In this document: one piece after another, positions 50,349-64,000 of the stretch | How the letters are laid out: every line of letters starts with the position of its first letter | How positions within the stretch are numbered: the first letter of the stretch is position 1 | Assembly (NCBI GenBank): GCA_963693365.1 | Contig: CAVNZM010000009.1 | Location: forward strand, 638,963 to 702,962 | DNA length: 64,000 nucleotides | Source of the DNA: Amoebidium appalachense | Lineage: Eukaryota; Protista; Ichthyosporea | Direction: 5' to 3' | Position numbers and translations under genes: made by a program | Notes under the pieces: model-generated | Told to the model about the DNA's origin: nothing | The model's database searches: none | The model's input: only the letters and a program-made list of their open reading frames with translations

Positions 50349-52193
50349 ATGTTCAAACACACCGTGCCTATTCCAGCTGCACAGCCCTGGCACTACCGCT
50401 TACATCAGCAGACTAGATCTACCCCGGGGTTGCTTTACATACCCACACCACCATCGTATTCACCAGCTCAACTCTCATTTTCCCTGCGTACACACAACTT
50501 AATACTCCTTTCCAATGTTTCTAGAGCTTACACAACCCGTTATGCAGCCCCGCGCCTGCACAATCTTGTGACCGTGGATGAGCTCCAAAGCCACGTGAAA
50601 GAGATAAAATTAGAAGGTAGCAGCCTGGGAAGCGAGCAACTGGTGGGGTCAGAGAGGGCGTTTATTCTAGACGCTCTCTCTGCGGTCAACAGCCTATTGC
50701 GGGTGAGTGTTTAGCGGGTGGATGAGCACATGTCGAAGAAGCACATGCTCAAATGGTGGAGTGATCGAACTTTTAATCGTAGGTCGGTTGAGGATCCTGT
50801 AAAATACTCGTCCATTCTCCGTGCGTGATGGTGATTGGTGATGTGAATGGCAACATGATCACCGGATGATAATAGGCTACTGCTCCTAGGGCTGGGGGGA
50901 CTACCAGGGGGGGGAAGGGGGAGGGGGGGGGAGGGGGGGGGGGTGGGGGGAGAGAGGGGGGGGGGGGGGGGGGCGGGTTAAGGGTTTGAAACGGCGTGAG
51001 TGGGGGGAGGAGGGGGGAGGGGGGGGGGGGGGGGTATATGAAGAGCACAGTGGTAATGAGTGCTTCTGTTTGGCATAGGTGGTGCTAAAGCAAAAGAGCC
51101 TGGGACATCCACGAACGTGAGCGCGCACACACACACACACACAAGGAATTCACGTGCACGTATAAAAATGCCGTGTGCACGCTTGAGCACAACCCACGTG
51201 TGTTTGCACATACCCATATTTGCATCCATCTGTGGGTCATGATTTGGATACACTCATGCATACCAAGAAAAACACACAACCGCACATAATGGCCATGGTG
51301 GTACTCCAGATCAACAGATATGGACAGGTACTACATTTCTTTTATCGGACTCCCTTTTAGCGTTAGAATACAATTACAACCACACACATCGATCACTAAG
51401 GTGCTCTCAGAAAAAGACTTTTCGACCACCTTCCGCATTCCCCCCTTTCCCCCCCTCTTCTTTGCATGGTCTAACCTTCTGTGATTTCTACAGAATCCTA
51501 AGTGGACAAAAGAATGGCGGGAAAGGGTGGAGAAGGTGGTGGGTGCAATCGACAGCAGCGGAAGGTTCCAGTTCTGTTGCCTTTTTAGGCCAAAGATGGA
51601 CCCAATCATCGTGGGCAGGTGGGTGCAGCCCTAACACACTTCATCATGGTGCCTATTTGAATATCACCATTGGCTGCATTTGTGTATGAGTATGCCCCCC
51701 CTCCCCGCCCACAATCCCCCCTCTCCCCCTCCCCCCATTCTCCCCCCCCCCCCCCCCCCCCCCACCGGGTTGGTGGATGGGTCGAAGTTCGGGTGCTATT
51801 GATGGCATGGCCCCCTCTTGGGGAACGGCCCTGCCAACGATGCCCACAGTGCAGAATCTGCATTGTGTTTTCTGCTAGGGAATCATAACACCCCCCCCCT
51901 CCCCCCGCGCACGCCCTCCCTCCCCTTCCCTCCCCTCCTACACCCCCCCACCCCCTCCCCTGAAAAACAAAAAAGCCCCACCCCACCCCTCTTCTTCCCC
52001 CATTTCTAACCCGAGTTATGGTTAAACTGCTTGAACTGCTTGTCGTCCTACGTATCTCGCTGTGCTTTCGGATGTGTATCTTTGCACCTAGTGTCTGTAC
52101 TGCACACTGACCCCCCCCCCCCCCCCCCCCCCCCCCCAAAAATAAAAAAAGAAAAAAATAAAAAAAGAAAAAAGAAAAAAAAAGAAAAAACGC

Positions 52194-52255
<62 letters not shown>

Positions 52256-52507
52256 AGTGCAGGCGCGCACACACACACAAACACACATAGACACGCACAC
52301 ACAGGCACGCACCATGCACACGCACACGTGCAAGCACGTGCACATGCACACACACACAAGCACACACACACACAGATGCACACGCACACGCTCATACACA
52401 CATATGTACGCATGCACACAAGCTTACAAGCTCGTACGCACATGTGTGCGCATGAGCGCGCACATACACACACACACACATCACACACACGTGCACACAC
52501 ACACACA

Positions 52508-52550
<43 letters not shown>

Positions 52551-53655
52551 ACACCACACACAAACGCACAGGCGAATTTGTGAGTTGACCATATTTGTTA
52601 TGGTTCAAGACCCTCCACCACACCCAGACCATGACACATCTAGTGATCGGCTTCAAGATCTCACAATCGGATTCCAATCGGTATCTTTTGAAGGCCACAG
52701 TGCACCTCATACCCCACGATTGGGCAACCACACTTCAGGCCATATTCATAACCCAAATATGGCTAAAATATCCGAGCCACAATTGGTAATTCGGACTGAA
52801 AGCGGTGGAATTCTAGCCGACGCATTGGCTGAGACATTAATTCACATCAGCAGCAGTTCTGGGCCCCTATTGGTCGAAAATCTTCCAAATAAGGAAGTTC
52901 TTCCGCCACGACCGCAGAAATTACGTCGTTGCAGCCCAGAACTAACGGAATTCCAACATCTGCTCACGAGCCAATCATCAGTAGGCGTGTGTGATATTCA
53001 CCCATTGCGGCTCTCCCAATCCGAAACATCCCTGCCCCCTCCTATCAAGCCGCCACCGAAACTGCACCATACGCACCAAGCCGATTCTACATTAGCTAGA
53101 AATCATCCACATGTTCCTGTCGCACCCACCGCTTTATCTCACTCTCCCAGAGGCTCAGTTTCACCAACAACCAGCCCTCCAAAACGACCCCTGCCCCCTA
53201 CCCCACCCCCCACTCCCACCCGCCCCACCTCCCGTTCCACCGCGCACATCACGTTCTGAATCGCTCCCTACCCTCTCACATATCAAATCATCCTCGATAG
53301 ATTCAGGTGGGGGATTTCCAGTAGCGAGGCATAGCTGTGATGGTATATTCCCAGGAGCCAATCAGAATGGGGTTGGACGGGCATCAGGCAATTTAATTGG
53401 TGCAGAGGATGGGCCTTCGACCAGTTTGATTCGTCTGCTCATGGCTGAAAATAAACCCCCTCAAGAAACACCGTGAGAGTCTCCCCCCCTCCCCCCCCCC
53501 CCCCCCCCCCCGTCTCCACCACCCCCCCCCCTCCCCCCCCCGCCGCCGCCCCTCCCCTCCTCAGTCCCTAAAAAAGAACGGTTTACTTGTTCTCGCTGTG
53601 GGTCCCCATACTGTTTAGATGAAAGTCACCCGTTGACGGTGTCTGTGTGTGTGGG

Positions 53656-53710
<55 letters not shown>

Positions 53711-54085
53711 ACGAAGTGTGCGTGTGGGCGGGCGTCTGGGCGCGCGCACATGCATGTACAAGCAGAGGTACATGCCCAGGCCCCGGACACACTATGTGTG
53801 CACTCTGAGCCCAAACACAAGACACACCGTGCCAACCGTTCTTTTTCACCTCTATCTTGCCTTGCATGCACACACACCATGAACCCCTTCCACCGGTAAT
53901 TCCCAGCTTTAGAAAGGCTATTGCACCACCATTTCACCCCTTTTTTCACCCACCCTTAAACTCCATTTGCTCAATCAAACCCTTTAGCCCCTATTTCCCA
54001 CACTCAACCCCCTGTCACCACGCATACTCCCTCCCTCCCCCCCCCCCCCCCCTCCACCCTCCCCCCTCCCCCCTCCCCCCTCCCC

Positions 54086-54127
<42 letters not shown>

Positions 54128-54987
54128 ACAAAAAAATACAAACAAAAAAAAAACCACCCACACCCAACCATACCGAACACCCACACCCGATCTCCGTAAT
54201 CACGATCCCTAACCCCATATTTCCCAACCCTCAACCCCTACGTCCCCCTTATCCACCCCCCCCCCCCCCCCCCCCTGTAGTGTAAGCATAAGTTATAGTT
54301 TTAGTGCTAATATGAAGAAAAGTAACGGTAAGAGTAGTGTGGGCGTAAATACCCCCTCCCCCCCCCCCCCCTTTTTAACCCCCTATCCCCCCAGGTTCTT
54401 TCTACCTCTTGATGCCAACCTTAGTAGCAAGGGCAGGAGGGAGGCAGTAGAGGCCACCATGCAGGGCTATGGGGAGGGCTGCTGGCTGCTACGATACAAC
54501 ACAAGGGAGAAGGCCTTTGTGCTCTCGATCAGGTACGCACCTCACTCAACTACCCCCCCCCCCTCCCTCCCTCCCCCAGCCTTCCCCCCCCCCCTCCCCC
54601 CCCCCCCCCCTCCCTCCCTCCCCCAGCCTTCCCCCCTCCCTCCCCCCCCCCCCCCTGGAACCTCCTTCCCAAGAAGTGTCCACCCCCCCCCCTCCCATTT
54701 CCCCCCCCCTCAACCCCCCCCCCCCCCTCTCCCCCCCCCCTCCCCCCCCCCTTGCCGGCCCCCGCCCCCAAGCCCGCCCATTCACATCATCCCATCTTCT
54801 ATCCTTCCCAAACTGCCCACCTCGCCCTTCTTCCCCTCCATTTCCCCTCAGTCACCTCCAACCGCCATTTTGGGACTTAAAAAGACTGACGGAGGGATGA
54901 TTCATGTGTGGAAAGGGAAGAACCTCTGTGTCCATAACCATGCTCTTATCCTGCCCCCCTCCCCCCCCCCCCTCCCCCCCCCCCCCT

Positions 54988-55058
<71 letters not shown>

Positions 55059-55759
55059 CCCCCCACCCCCACGCATCCCCACCCCCTCCCCCGGGAATTT
55101 AATTATCCGATGAGTCAACCCCATCCCATCCACCCACCATCGATATCCTACCACATTGCCCGTGTGAATTAGCGAGCCTGTGCTTACAACATGTGTAAGC
55201 GCACAAACACACGTACCGTGCAGACACACCGGGGCGTGGCACACAACCATACACATAAGCACCCACAACACCCTCACCTTACACACCTTTATCCACATGT
55301 GGACCCTGCGAACCCCACACATGTGCACAAGCAAGCGCAAGTGAGCACACACTCATATACATAGACTTTCATGGACACGCTGTGGGGCGCTGGGGGGGGG
55401 GGGGGGGGGGGGAAAGAGAGGGGGGGGGGGGGGGAGAGAGAGAATGCACTCGCACATGCACACAAACACTGGCCCCGTCACCTTTTTCAGCATTCATTCT
55501 CTTAAAGTTTGGTGGGGCCAGGCATGAACTTAGACACACACCTTTTTCCCACACCAGGTACAAGGGTGAAGTTCGGCACCTGTTTATTGCAAGCACCCCC
55601 GAAGGGCATCTACTTGGGGGCAGGTCATTTCCGGATATGTATGCACTGCTGCTGCACTATAGCCGTGCACCAATCAACGACCCAGCAAATGGGTTGATGT
55701 GCCCCCTGGGAAAACACGTCCCGTGCCACTATGATAGCCAGGGTTATGTCGTGATATGA
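50349..55759 (+). CDS. SH2-domain adaptor-like protein: N-terminal domain, Pro/Ser-rich linker, C-terminal SH2
   Basis: Exons ending at 50702, then 51494-51618, 52572-53472 (one extra base in the C run near 53201-53211), 54395-54532 and 55558-55759. SH2 motifs REAVEATM...EGCWLLRY...FVLSIRYKGEVRHLFI...FPDMYALLLHYS retain the betaB5 Arg and betaD His. The 5' end is unresolved; candidate exons exist near 50010-50206. Confidence 0.85.
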
Positions 55760-56605
55760 TCTTAAATTTGCTGTATGAATGTTATTGGGTTATAAAGTAC
55801 TACCTTAGACCACTTGCCTAGCTATTATAATAGATGTATGCTATGCTTGGTGGCACATTTGCAGGGCTTCAAACCTAACGTCTGGTTGTTATATCATGAG
55901 GCCCATGTGAGAAGTGTCGATGTTGTTTCATTGAACACTTCTGTTATGGATTGACGTGTTTCTCTGCCAAAAATAGTCAAATTCCTTGTGCTAACTATGT
56001 TTATGTCAGCAAGCGCTCTGTAGTGAACCTATGGCAAGTGCAATTTATGAATCGAACCAACTTTAGTGGCCATGGGCTCTCGAAACACAGACGTATGTAC
56101 GTATACGATCAGGCAAGCACCAACGCATGCACCCATGCACATGCGAAACATCCAAAAACATGGCTACAAATACACAGATGTTTACTTCAGTTGCAATTTC
56201 ATACAAGCTTTAGCTACCAATGCATCTATGATTTTAAGGCTACAAGTGTGTACCCAAGAGAAATTGAGAATCGAAGTACTGTATCGATGTACTACGTAAG
56301 CATTACGTATACGTATACTGTCTATTTTATGCTTGCTGGCAAGTAGGATCTGGGAGTTTGTTGATTGATTTAGAAACATCAACATCCCTCTGTAGCTCAC
56401 GGTCCTTCAGCAGTACTAATATTACTTCCCCCCCCCCCCCCCCCCCCTCCCCCCCCCCCCCCCCCCCCCCCACCACCATAACACCACCCACATGCATGTA
56501 CACCGCCTCCGCCACTATATGTAAACACACAAACACAGTGTCACGCACATGCACATAAACACAGACACACACCGTGAAACACACACATAGATGGCCACAC
56601 GCGCG

Positions 56606-56661
<56 letters not shown>

Positions 56662-57054
56662 ACAGATTGTAACGTCACCGCCAGCCACGCGTATGTATCA
56701 TCAACACCAACAAACAGAAGCAGACCAAAACACATACCATACCTCTAGCTATAGTACTACCATCACCAACACACGTACGCACTGTACAAACATGTACTAC
56801 ACACATCATCCCGGCAAAAGAGCAAATCCGATAGTATTTCAGTACGTGCATATGTGCCGCTGCCTATGTTTCTGATTCAATCGTTATGTGTGCAGGTGCG
56901 TGTGTGTGTGTTTTTTTGTGAAGTCTGTAGCCAAGCTCGACTGTGCCGATTATTTAGGCCTACAGCATGCACATGTCCAAACACCTTAGTTGTACAGGCA
57001 CTTGCAAACATCAAACAACACACATATACACATGGCCACACACACACACACACA

Positions 57055-57090
<36 letters not shown>

Positions 57091-57359
57091 CTCTCTCTCT
57101 CTCATGGCCACACACACGCACACACACACACACTGACATGGCCACACACACAACACACACACACAAGCGCACGCGCGCATGCCCGCTAATACAAACTCCT
57201 TGCACTAGTCATACAGATAGGCGCATATGCGCACCATTGAATATTGTTTACTTAGTCTAATGCTAAAGGCACGGAGGCACGTTACAAACATGCCCATCCA
57301 TTCCTGCCACATGAAAGCTCAATGCATCCTATGCCGCCAGGGTCAATGCCCCCCCCCCC

Positions 57360-57390
<31 letters not shown>

Positions 57391-57672
57391 ACACGAAAAA
57401 ATAAAAAAATAAAAAGTAAATAGATAATAGATAAAGATGAAGAAAGACAAACAAGCGAAAAGTAAAATGCAGCAAAAAAAGGCACACACACCTCTGGTTT
57501 CCCCGGTATGGTTTCTATGTAAAAAAAAAGTATTCAAAAAACGGACGAATAAGGAAGAAGGAAAGCAGGGATAGGAGAATTCGGCACAAGATCATACGGG
57601 ATAACTCATGAACGCGTGTTTGCCCGTGTGTGCAGGTGTGGTTGTCCGCTTAGGTGTGTACATGTGTGTGTG

Positions 57673-57787
<115 letters not shown>

Positions 57788-57790
57788 TCG

Positions 57791-57830
<40 letters not shown>

Positions 57831-58044
57831 TGGTGTGTGTGTGTGTGCCTGTGCATTTGTGCACGTGTGTGTGTGTGTGTGTGTGTATGTACGTGTGCAA
57901 AAGCACGGGGTCGCCCACCGTCCACCCACATGCATCCTGTCACCACTCTACGCAGATTCGCAACACACACCCACAAACACACATTTCCCTGCCACTCGTA
58001 CCTTCATTCCATGCCACCACACCATCTAATGCCCCCCCCCCTTA

Positions 58045-58307
58045 TTATTTATATTTTTTACTTTTTCTGACCCACCCCACCACTAGCACCGCTATCATTT
58101 CCCCCCTCATCACATCTGCGGCCGTTCTATTGTGCACCACCAGGTGGCTAATTGCAACCAGCGAGGTAGGAATAAGCACCGTGCTGATACGGACATGGCC
58201 GGTATTGGGGTCCCTCTCCTCCCTCTCCAAGTACACATAGCTCATGTCCACACTGTGCACCCGACCAGTGATGTTTTCTTTTGGAAGCGTGATGGTGTCT
58301 CCTGTAA

Positions 58308-58340
<33 letters not shown>

Positions 58341-59067
58341 AGGGTTAATATGTGCGAGTGGGGTTAAGGGTGCTATTGGGGTTAAAGGAGGTATCGGTAA
58401 TAAGATTTTATTGGGGTTATGGAGTGGAGATTGTGGGTGGGAGTGGGTTTAAGTGTACAAGTTTAACACATGGGTGGCAAGATGGTTGAAAGATGGAGTG
58501 AAATGGTTGATTAGGATGCGGTCTCTTTAGAAGGAAGGGGGCAGAGGGAGGGCAGGGGAGGCGGGGGGGGGGGGGGGGGGGGGGGTTTGAATGCGGAACA
58601 CAGTACGAAGTACGCATACACGATGAGAAGCATGGTGCAGGACACATGCAAAGGCAAACATTCAAGTATGCAGCATCAGCCATGCGCACAGTATGCGTCA
58701 TAAGCAGAGCCCATCCTCAGGGAGGGCCCAAGTCATCAATTGCGTCTGAGTTTCGACCCCTTAGCCCGCGTATATACGACGCTCCAACTCAGACAGCAGC
58801 ATCAACTGAACTTGGGTGGGTCAACCCGTCTTGATCAAAGACGAGCAGGGTTGCTTATGCAAGCAAGGTGAGCAAAACGGTGAAGATGTGTGTGCAAACT
58901 AATGCAGTGCAGCGACAAACACGTATGTGCTTACAGATGCACGACACAGAGCAACCATGCCCGGTTGCATGGAAGTAAAGATGTGAATGTTTTTGTAGGT
59001 GGGTTAACATATATCTATTCTGTGTGCGCACGCGCCTGTGTGTGTGCGTGTGTGTGTGTGTGCGCGC

Positions 59068-59099
<32 letters not shown>

Positions 59100-61750
59100 G
59101 TGTGTGTGTGTGTTTGTTCCCTCTCTCCTAGTCTCTTTTTACGTGCCTCTGGGGGTGTGCGTAGGAGTGCATAGTGTCCCATGACCTGTGAAGTGCGTGT
59201 ATGTGTTTGAGTGCACATTTGTTCGTGTGCCCATGCCTAAGATGTTTATGTGCGTGTAGGTTTAGGGTGTCTGCCCATATATCGTGTGTGTGTGTGTGTG
59301 TGCGCGCGCGCGTGCAGCACGCGCAAGCGTGTGTGTGTTGTGTATGCCCCCCCCCCCCCCCCCCCCCCCACACACACCAACTCACTCTACCCTCTCTTTT
59401 GATTCTGTGTACGTCTCACTCCCCCTTCCTTCCCCCGCCCTCCGCCTTTCCCTCTTCCTTCCCTTCCTGTGTGTGTTGGTGTGAATGTGTTGTATATGTT
59501 CCTTTCCCTCGCTCTCTCAGTCATCCACCCTCACTCTCACGTCCCGGTGTATGGTATCTCTCTCCTTCCTTCCCCTTTCTCTCTCTTCCCCCCCCCCCCC
59601 CCCACCCACCCCTTCCCCCCCCCCCCTCCCCCCCACCCACAGTCTCTCCCTCACCCTCCCTGTGTGTGTCTATGTGCGCACATGTGCGTGTGTGTGTCTG
59701 TGTGCATATGTGTCTGTCTGTGTCTGTGCGCACATGTGCCTGTGTGTGTCTGTGTGCACATGTGCCTGTGTGTGTCTTTGTGTGCACATGTGCCTATGTG
59801 TGTCCGTGTGCGCACATGTGCCTATGTGTGTCCGTGTGCGCACATGGTGTGCCTTTGCGCACATGTGCCTGTGTGTGTCTGTGTGCGCACATGTGTGTGC
59901 CTGTGTGCACACGTGCCTGTGTGTGCCTGTGTGCGCATGTGTGTGCCTGTGCGCACATGTGCCTGTGTGTGTGTGTGTGCGCACATGTGTGTGTCTGTGC
60001 GCACATGTGCCTGTGTGTGTCTGTGTGCGCACATGTGTGTGTCTGTGCGCACATGTGCCTGTGTGTGTCTGTGCGCATATGTGCCTGTGTGTGTCTGTGC
60101 GCACATGTACCTGTGTGTGTCTGTGCGCACATGTGCCTGTGTGTCTGTGCGCACACATGTGCCTGTGTTTGTCTGTGCGCACATGTGCCTGTGTGTGTCT
60201 GTGTGCGCACATGTGCCTGTGTGTGTCTGTGTGCGCACATGTGCCTGTGTGTGTCTGTGCGCACATGTGCCTGTGTGTGTCTGTGCGCACATGTGCCTGT
60301 GTGTGTCTGTGCGCACATGTGCCTGTGTGTGTCTGTGCGCACATGTGCCTGTGTGTGCCTGTGCGCACATGTGCCTGTGTGCGCCGGTGCGCACATGTGC
60401 CTGTGCGCACATGTGCCTGTGCGCACATGTGCCTGTGTGTGCCTGTGCGCACATGTGCCTGTGTGTGCCTGTGCCTGTGTGTGCCTGTGCGCACATGTGC
60501 CTGTGTGTGCCTGTGTGCACATGTGCCTGTGTGTGCCTGTGCGCACATGTGCCTGTGTGTGTGTGCACGTGTCCACCTTTCACAAAGGGTCTTTTCAGCT
60601 GCAAGCCCACCGCAGCCACCAGAGACTGAGCCGTATCTTTCACCGCCAGACCAGCAGCCACACTCCCAATACCAAGCCCTGTAAGAAGGGGGGTGGTGTC
60701 TACACCCGCAGTCCTGGATGGGGGGGGGGGGGTTAGCAAGTTTTTTTTTTGGTGTGTTTTCTTGTGAAAGAGAGGCGGGGGAGAAGGGTAGAAGATTTTC
60801 TTTTTTCTTTCTGTGTGTGTGTGTGTGTGGGGCGGGCAGGGGGGGGGGGGGGGGGGGGAGGGAAGGGGGAGGGGGCGAAGGGGGTTAGATGTTCTTTTTC
60901 TTTTTTCTTGGGGGGAGGGGGGGAGGAAAAGGGGGGAGGAGGGTAAGGGGGGGGGGGGGGGGGAGGGGAGATGTGTTACAGAGTGTGAGGTATACATGAA
61001 TGGATACGGACCACACAATGCAGATCTTGCAAGAAACAAATAAAAAAGAAAGAAAGAAAGAAAGAAGCACGAGCAAAGGCTGTGCATCATAAGTAGAGCC
61101 CTTCAACAGGTGGGCCAACGTGATCTACAGCATCGAGATTTCACCCTGTTAACTAAAAGGCAGGGCAAGGGGGGGGGGGAGGGGGGGATTTGGCCGATCA
61201 TCATCAATAGAGCATTAGGCTTCCGACTTCAGAGAAGTAGGAATGTGAAGAAAGAAGGGTCTATTGAGTGTGTGGGGGAGGGCTGGGGGGCCATGGTGTG
61301 TGTGTATGTGTGTGTGTGTGTGTGTGTGCATGCACACCTGTTTATGGTTCCCTTTCTGTGTCAGTGTTGTGTATGTGCGTGCCCACGCGCATGTGATGCG
61401 ATAAGTGTGTGCAATCATAAAGAGATTTTTACCATGGCAAAGCCGTGAATTGTGCCCCTTACACATTCCATCTATGAACACAAACAAAAGGGTGTTCTGC
61501 ATAAAGTACACGTCGCATTTCTCCCGTACTAATTGGTGGCTAGAGATACCGGTGGGTGTGGGGCATGAAGTGGGGGGTGGGAGTGGGGGGGTGGGTGAGT
61601 GGGTGGTGTTTTTTTTTTTTTTTTTGGGGGGGGGGGGAGGGGAGTGAGGACCATAGGGGAGAGGAAAGGGTGACCGAGAGGGGGACCGGAGGGGGGGATG
61701 GGGGGGGGATGGGGGGCAAGGGGGAGAGGAGAGGGTGTTTCGGCCGGCGG

Positions 61751-61782
<32 letters not shown>

Positions 61783-61854
61783 GGGGAAGTGAAATAGAGG
61801 GAAGGGGAGGAGGGATGGCGCGTGTTAAGGTACCTGGGGGGTCGGGAGAGGCTG

Positions 61855-61896
<42 letters not shown>

Positions 61897-62182
61897 TGGG
61901 GGGGCGGGGGGAGGTGGAGGGGGGAGGAGGATACATACGACAGCACTGTAGTTCCCAGCACAGCCATAATACCGTATGACGTCAGACGGGCAGCAGACCC
62001 CCTCAAGCCCTCATCGGCAATAAAGGGGCTCAAAACGCGGTCTACACGTCCCTGGATAGAAAACATGCGCCGGATAAACCCCGGACGTTTGGGCGGCGGT
62101 GGTGGGAGGGTTTGTTCTGCCTCGGAGGGTGGTGGGTTGGGTGTGGCGGTTGAGAGTCGTCGAAGTGCAATGGGTGTGATGG
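58045..62182 (-). CDS. mscS: Small-conductance mechanosensitive channel (MscS family), short form, probably mitochondrial
   Basis: Exons 62182-61939, 60713-60577 and 58301-(58045), phase-consistent. TM region YGIMAVLGTTVLSTAGVDTTPLLTGLGIGSVAAGLAVKDTAQSLVAAVGLQLKRPFVKGDTITL...ITGRVHSVDMSYVYL...TVLIPTS matches the MscS pore helix and beta domain. The first exon(s) (upstream of 62185) and the exact 3' end are unresolved. Confidence 0.85.
59670..60570. repeat. Minisatellite of about 26-28-bp units (tgcgcacatgtgcctgtgtgtgtctg) in an MscS intron
   Basis: About 900 bp of tandem units that vary in internal (gt)n length. Confidence 0.92.
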
Positions 62183-63739
62183 CTGTGTGTGTGTGTTTGG
62201 GGAGGGGGGGGGGGGGGGGGGGATTCAGTGTGTGCTTGTTGTGCTTTCCCCCCTCCCCCCCTTACCCACCCACATACCCCCCCCCCCTGCCCTTCCTCCC
62301 CCGCCTTCCCCCCACCCCCTCCTACCTACCCATCCACCCAACCAGTTCCCTTCTCCACTTACTACAAGAAAGAAAGAAAGAAAGAAGAAAGAATGAAAAG
62401 AGAGCGATGACGTCATACAGCCACAGCCAGGGCAAGGTGGCTTGACGTGCCAAACCGACCGGCAAGGGGGGAGGGGAAGGGGAGGGGGAGGGGGGATGGA
62501 GTGTACAATCAGAGGTACATGGTCTCAAGAAATAAGTAGGAGTCATTCTTGGGCCTAGGAGAGCCCAAGTCACGCACGGGAGGGGAGGCGGGGGAAAGGG
62601 GGGGAGGGGGGGAGGGGGCTGGATGGAAACGTCCATGAACGCTCCACATGCCATAAGCTTGCAACCAAAAAAACAACAACAGCGGGTGAGAAGGGGAGGG
62701 TGGAAGGGGGGAGGGGGGGAGAGGGGGAGGGGGATGATCGTGTGCACAGGCAGCCGGGGGAGGGAGGGAGGGAGAACGGGGGGTGGAAGAGTTTTCGCCC
62801 ACCCCCCACTGTGTGCCAGGTTGACTCCTGGGGCATGCCATGCAAATTCTCACTGACAACCGAAAAGTGGCATAAACGACAAGCATGGATAGCCACAAAG
62901 TGCAACAGAGTGGCTGAAAATAGGGACAAAACAGGGGCTTCAACATCCAGGTTTGGAATGTGTATGTGAGTTTTCATGCATGGTTGTGAAAGTGTCTATG
63001 TGCATTTCCCCGGGCGTGTGCGCGTGTGTACTTAGGTTGCTTGCAACGGCAAGAACGACGAGGGGGTGAGGGCGTGAGGGGGAGAGGGGGGGGGGGGGAG
63101 GGGTCATCGTGCTACTCGGACAATTCAAGAGATGAAGCTAGAGAGGTTGCAAGACCACTGCCATACCACCACAGCAACTACATCCAACAGGCGACAACAG
63201 CCCGTATGCGCGTCTTTGTCGCCATTTGAACAGTATAGCTAGAAGAGCAAACAGAAATTGGAATTAGAGAAACTGTCAACTCTCAGGATAAACATCACCA
63301 AACAAAACAAGAGAAGACAGCATGTGAACATACCTAGTAGTCGACGGCTGTCAGGCACCAAAGCCTGTGAAATATTGGAAGTGTACCGGAGCATTTTTTC
63401 GGGTAGAATGTATAACAAAAAGGGTATACGATGAGAGAAAAACTGTCACTGGGAATGAACCTAAACTAAAATCTAAGTCAACTTTTGCTCCTCCTAGCTC
63501 GGAATCATCAAAGCATGAGACGAATGCAGTTTCAAACAACAGCAAAGGGCCTCCTTCGCACTGTCAAAACACACCTACACACTCCCTATGTAACATCCCT
63601 TTCTTCTCAAGTTTCTCCCCTTTCCTTTCTACGCCTCTTCTACAAATTCACTCTCTCCACTTTACGTATCGGCTGACTCCAAAACTTTTCACTTGGCCGA
63701 ACTTTCGCCCACGCTGGGCCGGCAATTTTTTGCAATTTT

Positions 63740-63860
63740 TTGAGCCAATCCGTGACGTCATTATTATCAAGTCCCATATAAGGCTATTATCTTCCATAAA
63801 CGCATTATGATTGGCTGTTGGAATTTTTGGCGCGCGGTCCATCCATCTGATTGGACCACG
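63740..63860. promoter_or_regulatory. Promoter-like cluster: CCAAT boxes, CRE and E2F-like site
   Basis: ccaat 63745-63749, tgacgtca 63753-63760, attgg near 63810 and 63850, and ttttggcgcg near 63826, upstream of the MscS gene. Confidence 0.55.
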
Positions 63861-64000
63861 TGGCACCCTAGATCTATCTTTGTGTCATGTGTGTCGGACT
63901 GTGTGCATGCGTGCACGTGTGTTGTATAGGTGCGTGCATAAGCGAGTACAGGGAAGCATGTTATGTTCCATACTCCGGTAGTTCATTCCTTGTTGTTTTA

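Noticed and set aside
59670-60570. Possible CRISPR array
   Set aside because: Units abut without unique spacers, there are no cas genes and the context is a eukaryotic intron.

Overview
Gene-dense, intron-rich eukaryotic DNA. A unicellular holozoan (ichthyosporean-like) source is an inference from an SH2 adaptor, a DDIAS-like gene and E2F/NF-Y/CRE-type promoters. Nearly all entries in the ORF track are artefacts of intronic poly-G/C, poly-A/T and (CA)n/(GT)n tracts. Hand-splicing with phase checks gives 14 gene or pseudogene models: an unknown gene at the left edge; an APH/ecdysteroid-kinase-like gene frameshifted by a 22-bp duplication; an atypical mitochondrial monothiol glutaredoxin (CDYS); a DDIAS-like OB/Zn-ribbon gene; two convergent class 1A dihydroorotate dehydrogenase (DHODH) genes enclosing a 54-aa double-Zn-finger microprotein, a 12-exon bacterial-type isoaspartyl dipeptidase (IadA) and an SRI-domain protein; a membrane/coiled-coil orphan; an F-box/LRR gene and its gutted duplicate; an orphan with two copies of an unrecognised C2HC module; an SH2 adaptor; and a minimal MscS channel. 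The most interesting signals are introns with complementary (GT)n/G-rich 5' ends and (AC)n/C-rich 3' ends, the mosaic inverted DHODH pair whose exons 3-6 are almost identical while exons 1-2 and the introns diverge, and the intronised bacterial-type DHODH-IadA-DHODH neighbourhood. Family calls come from motif recognition, not database searches. Several single-base frameshifts in G/C runs may be assembly errors.
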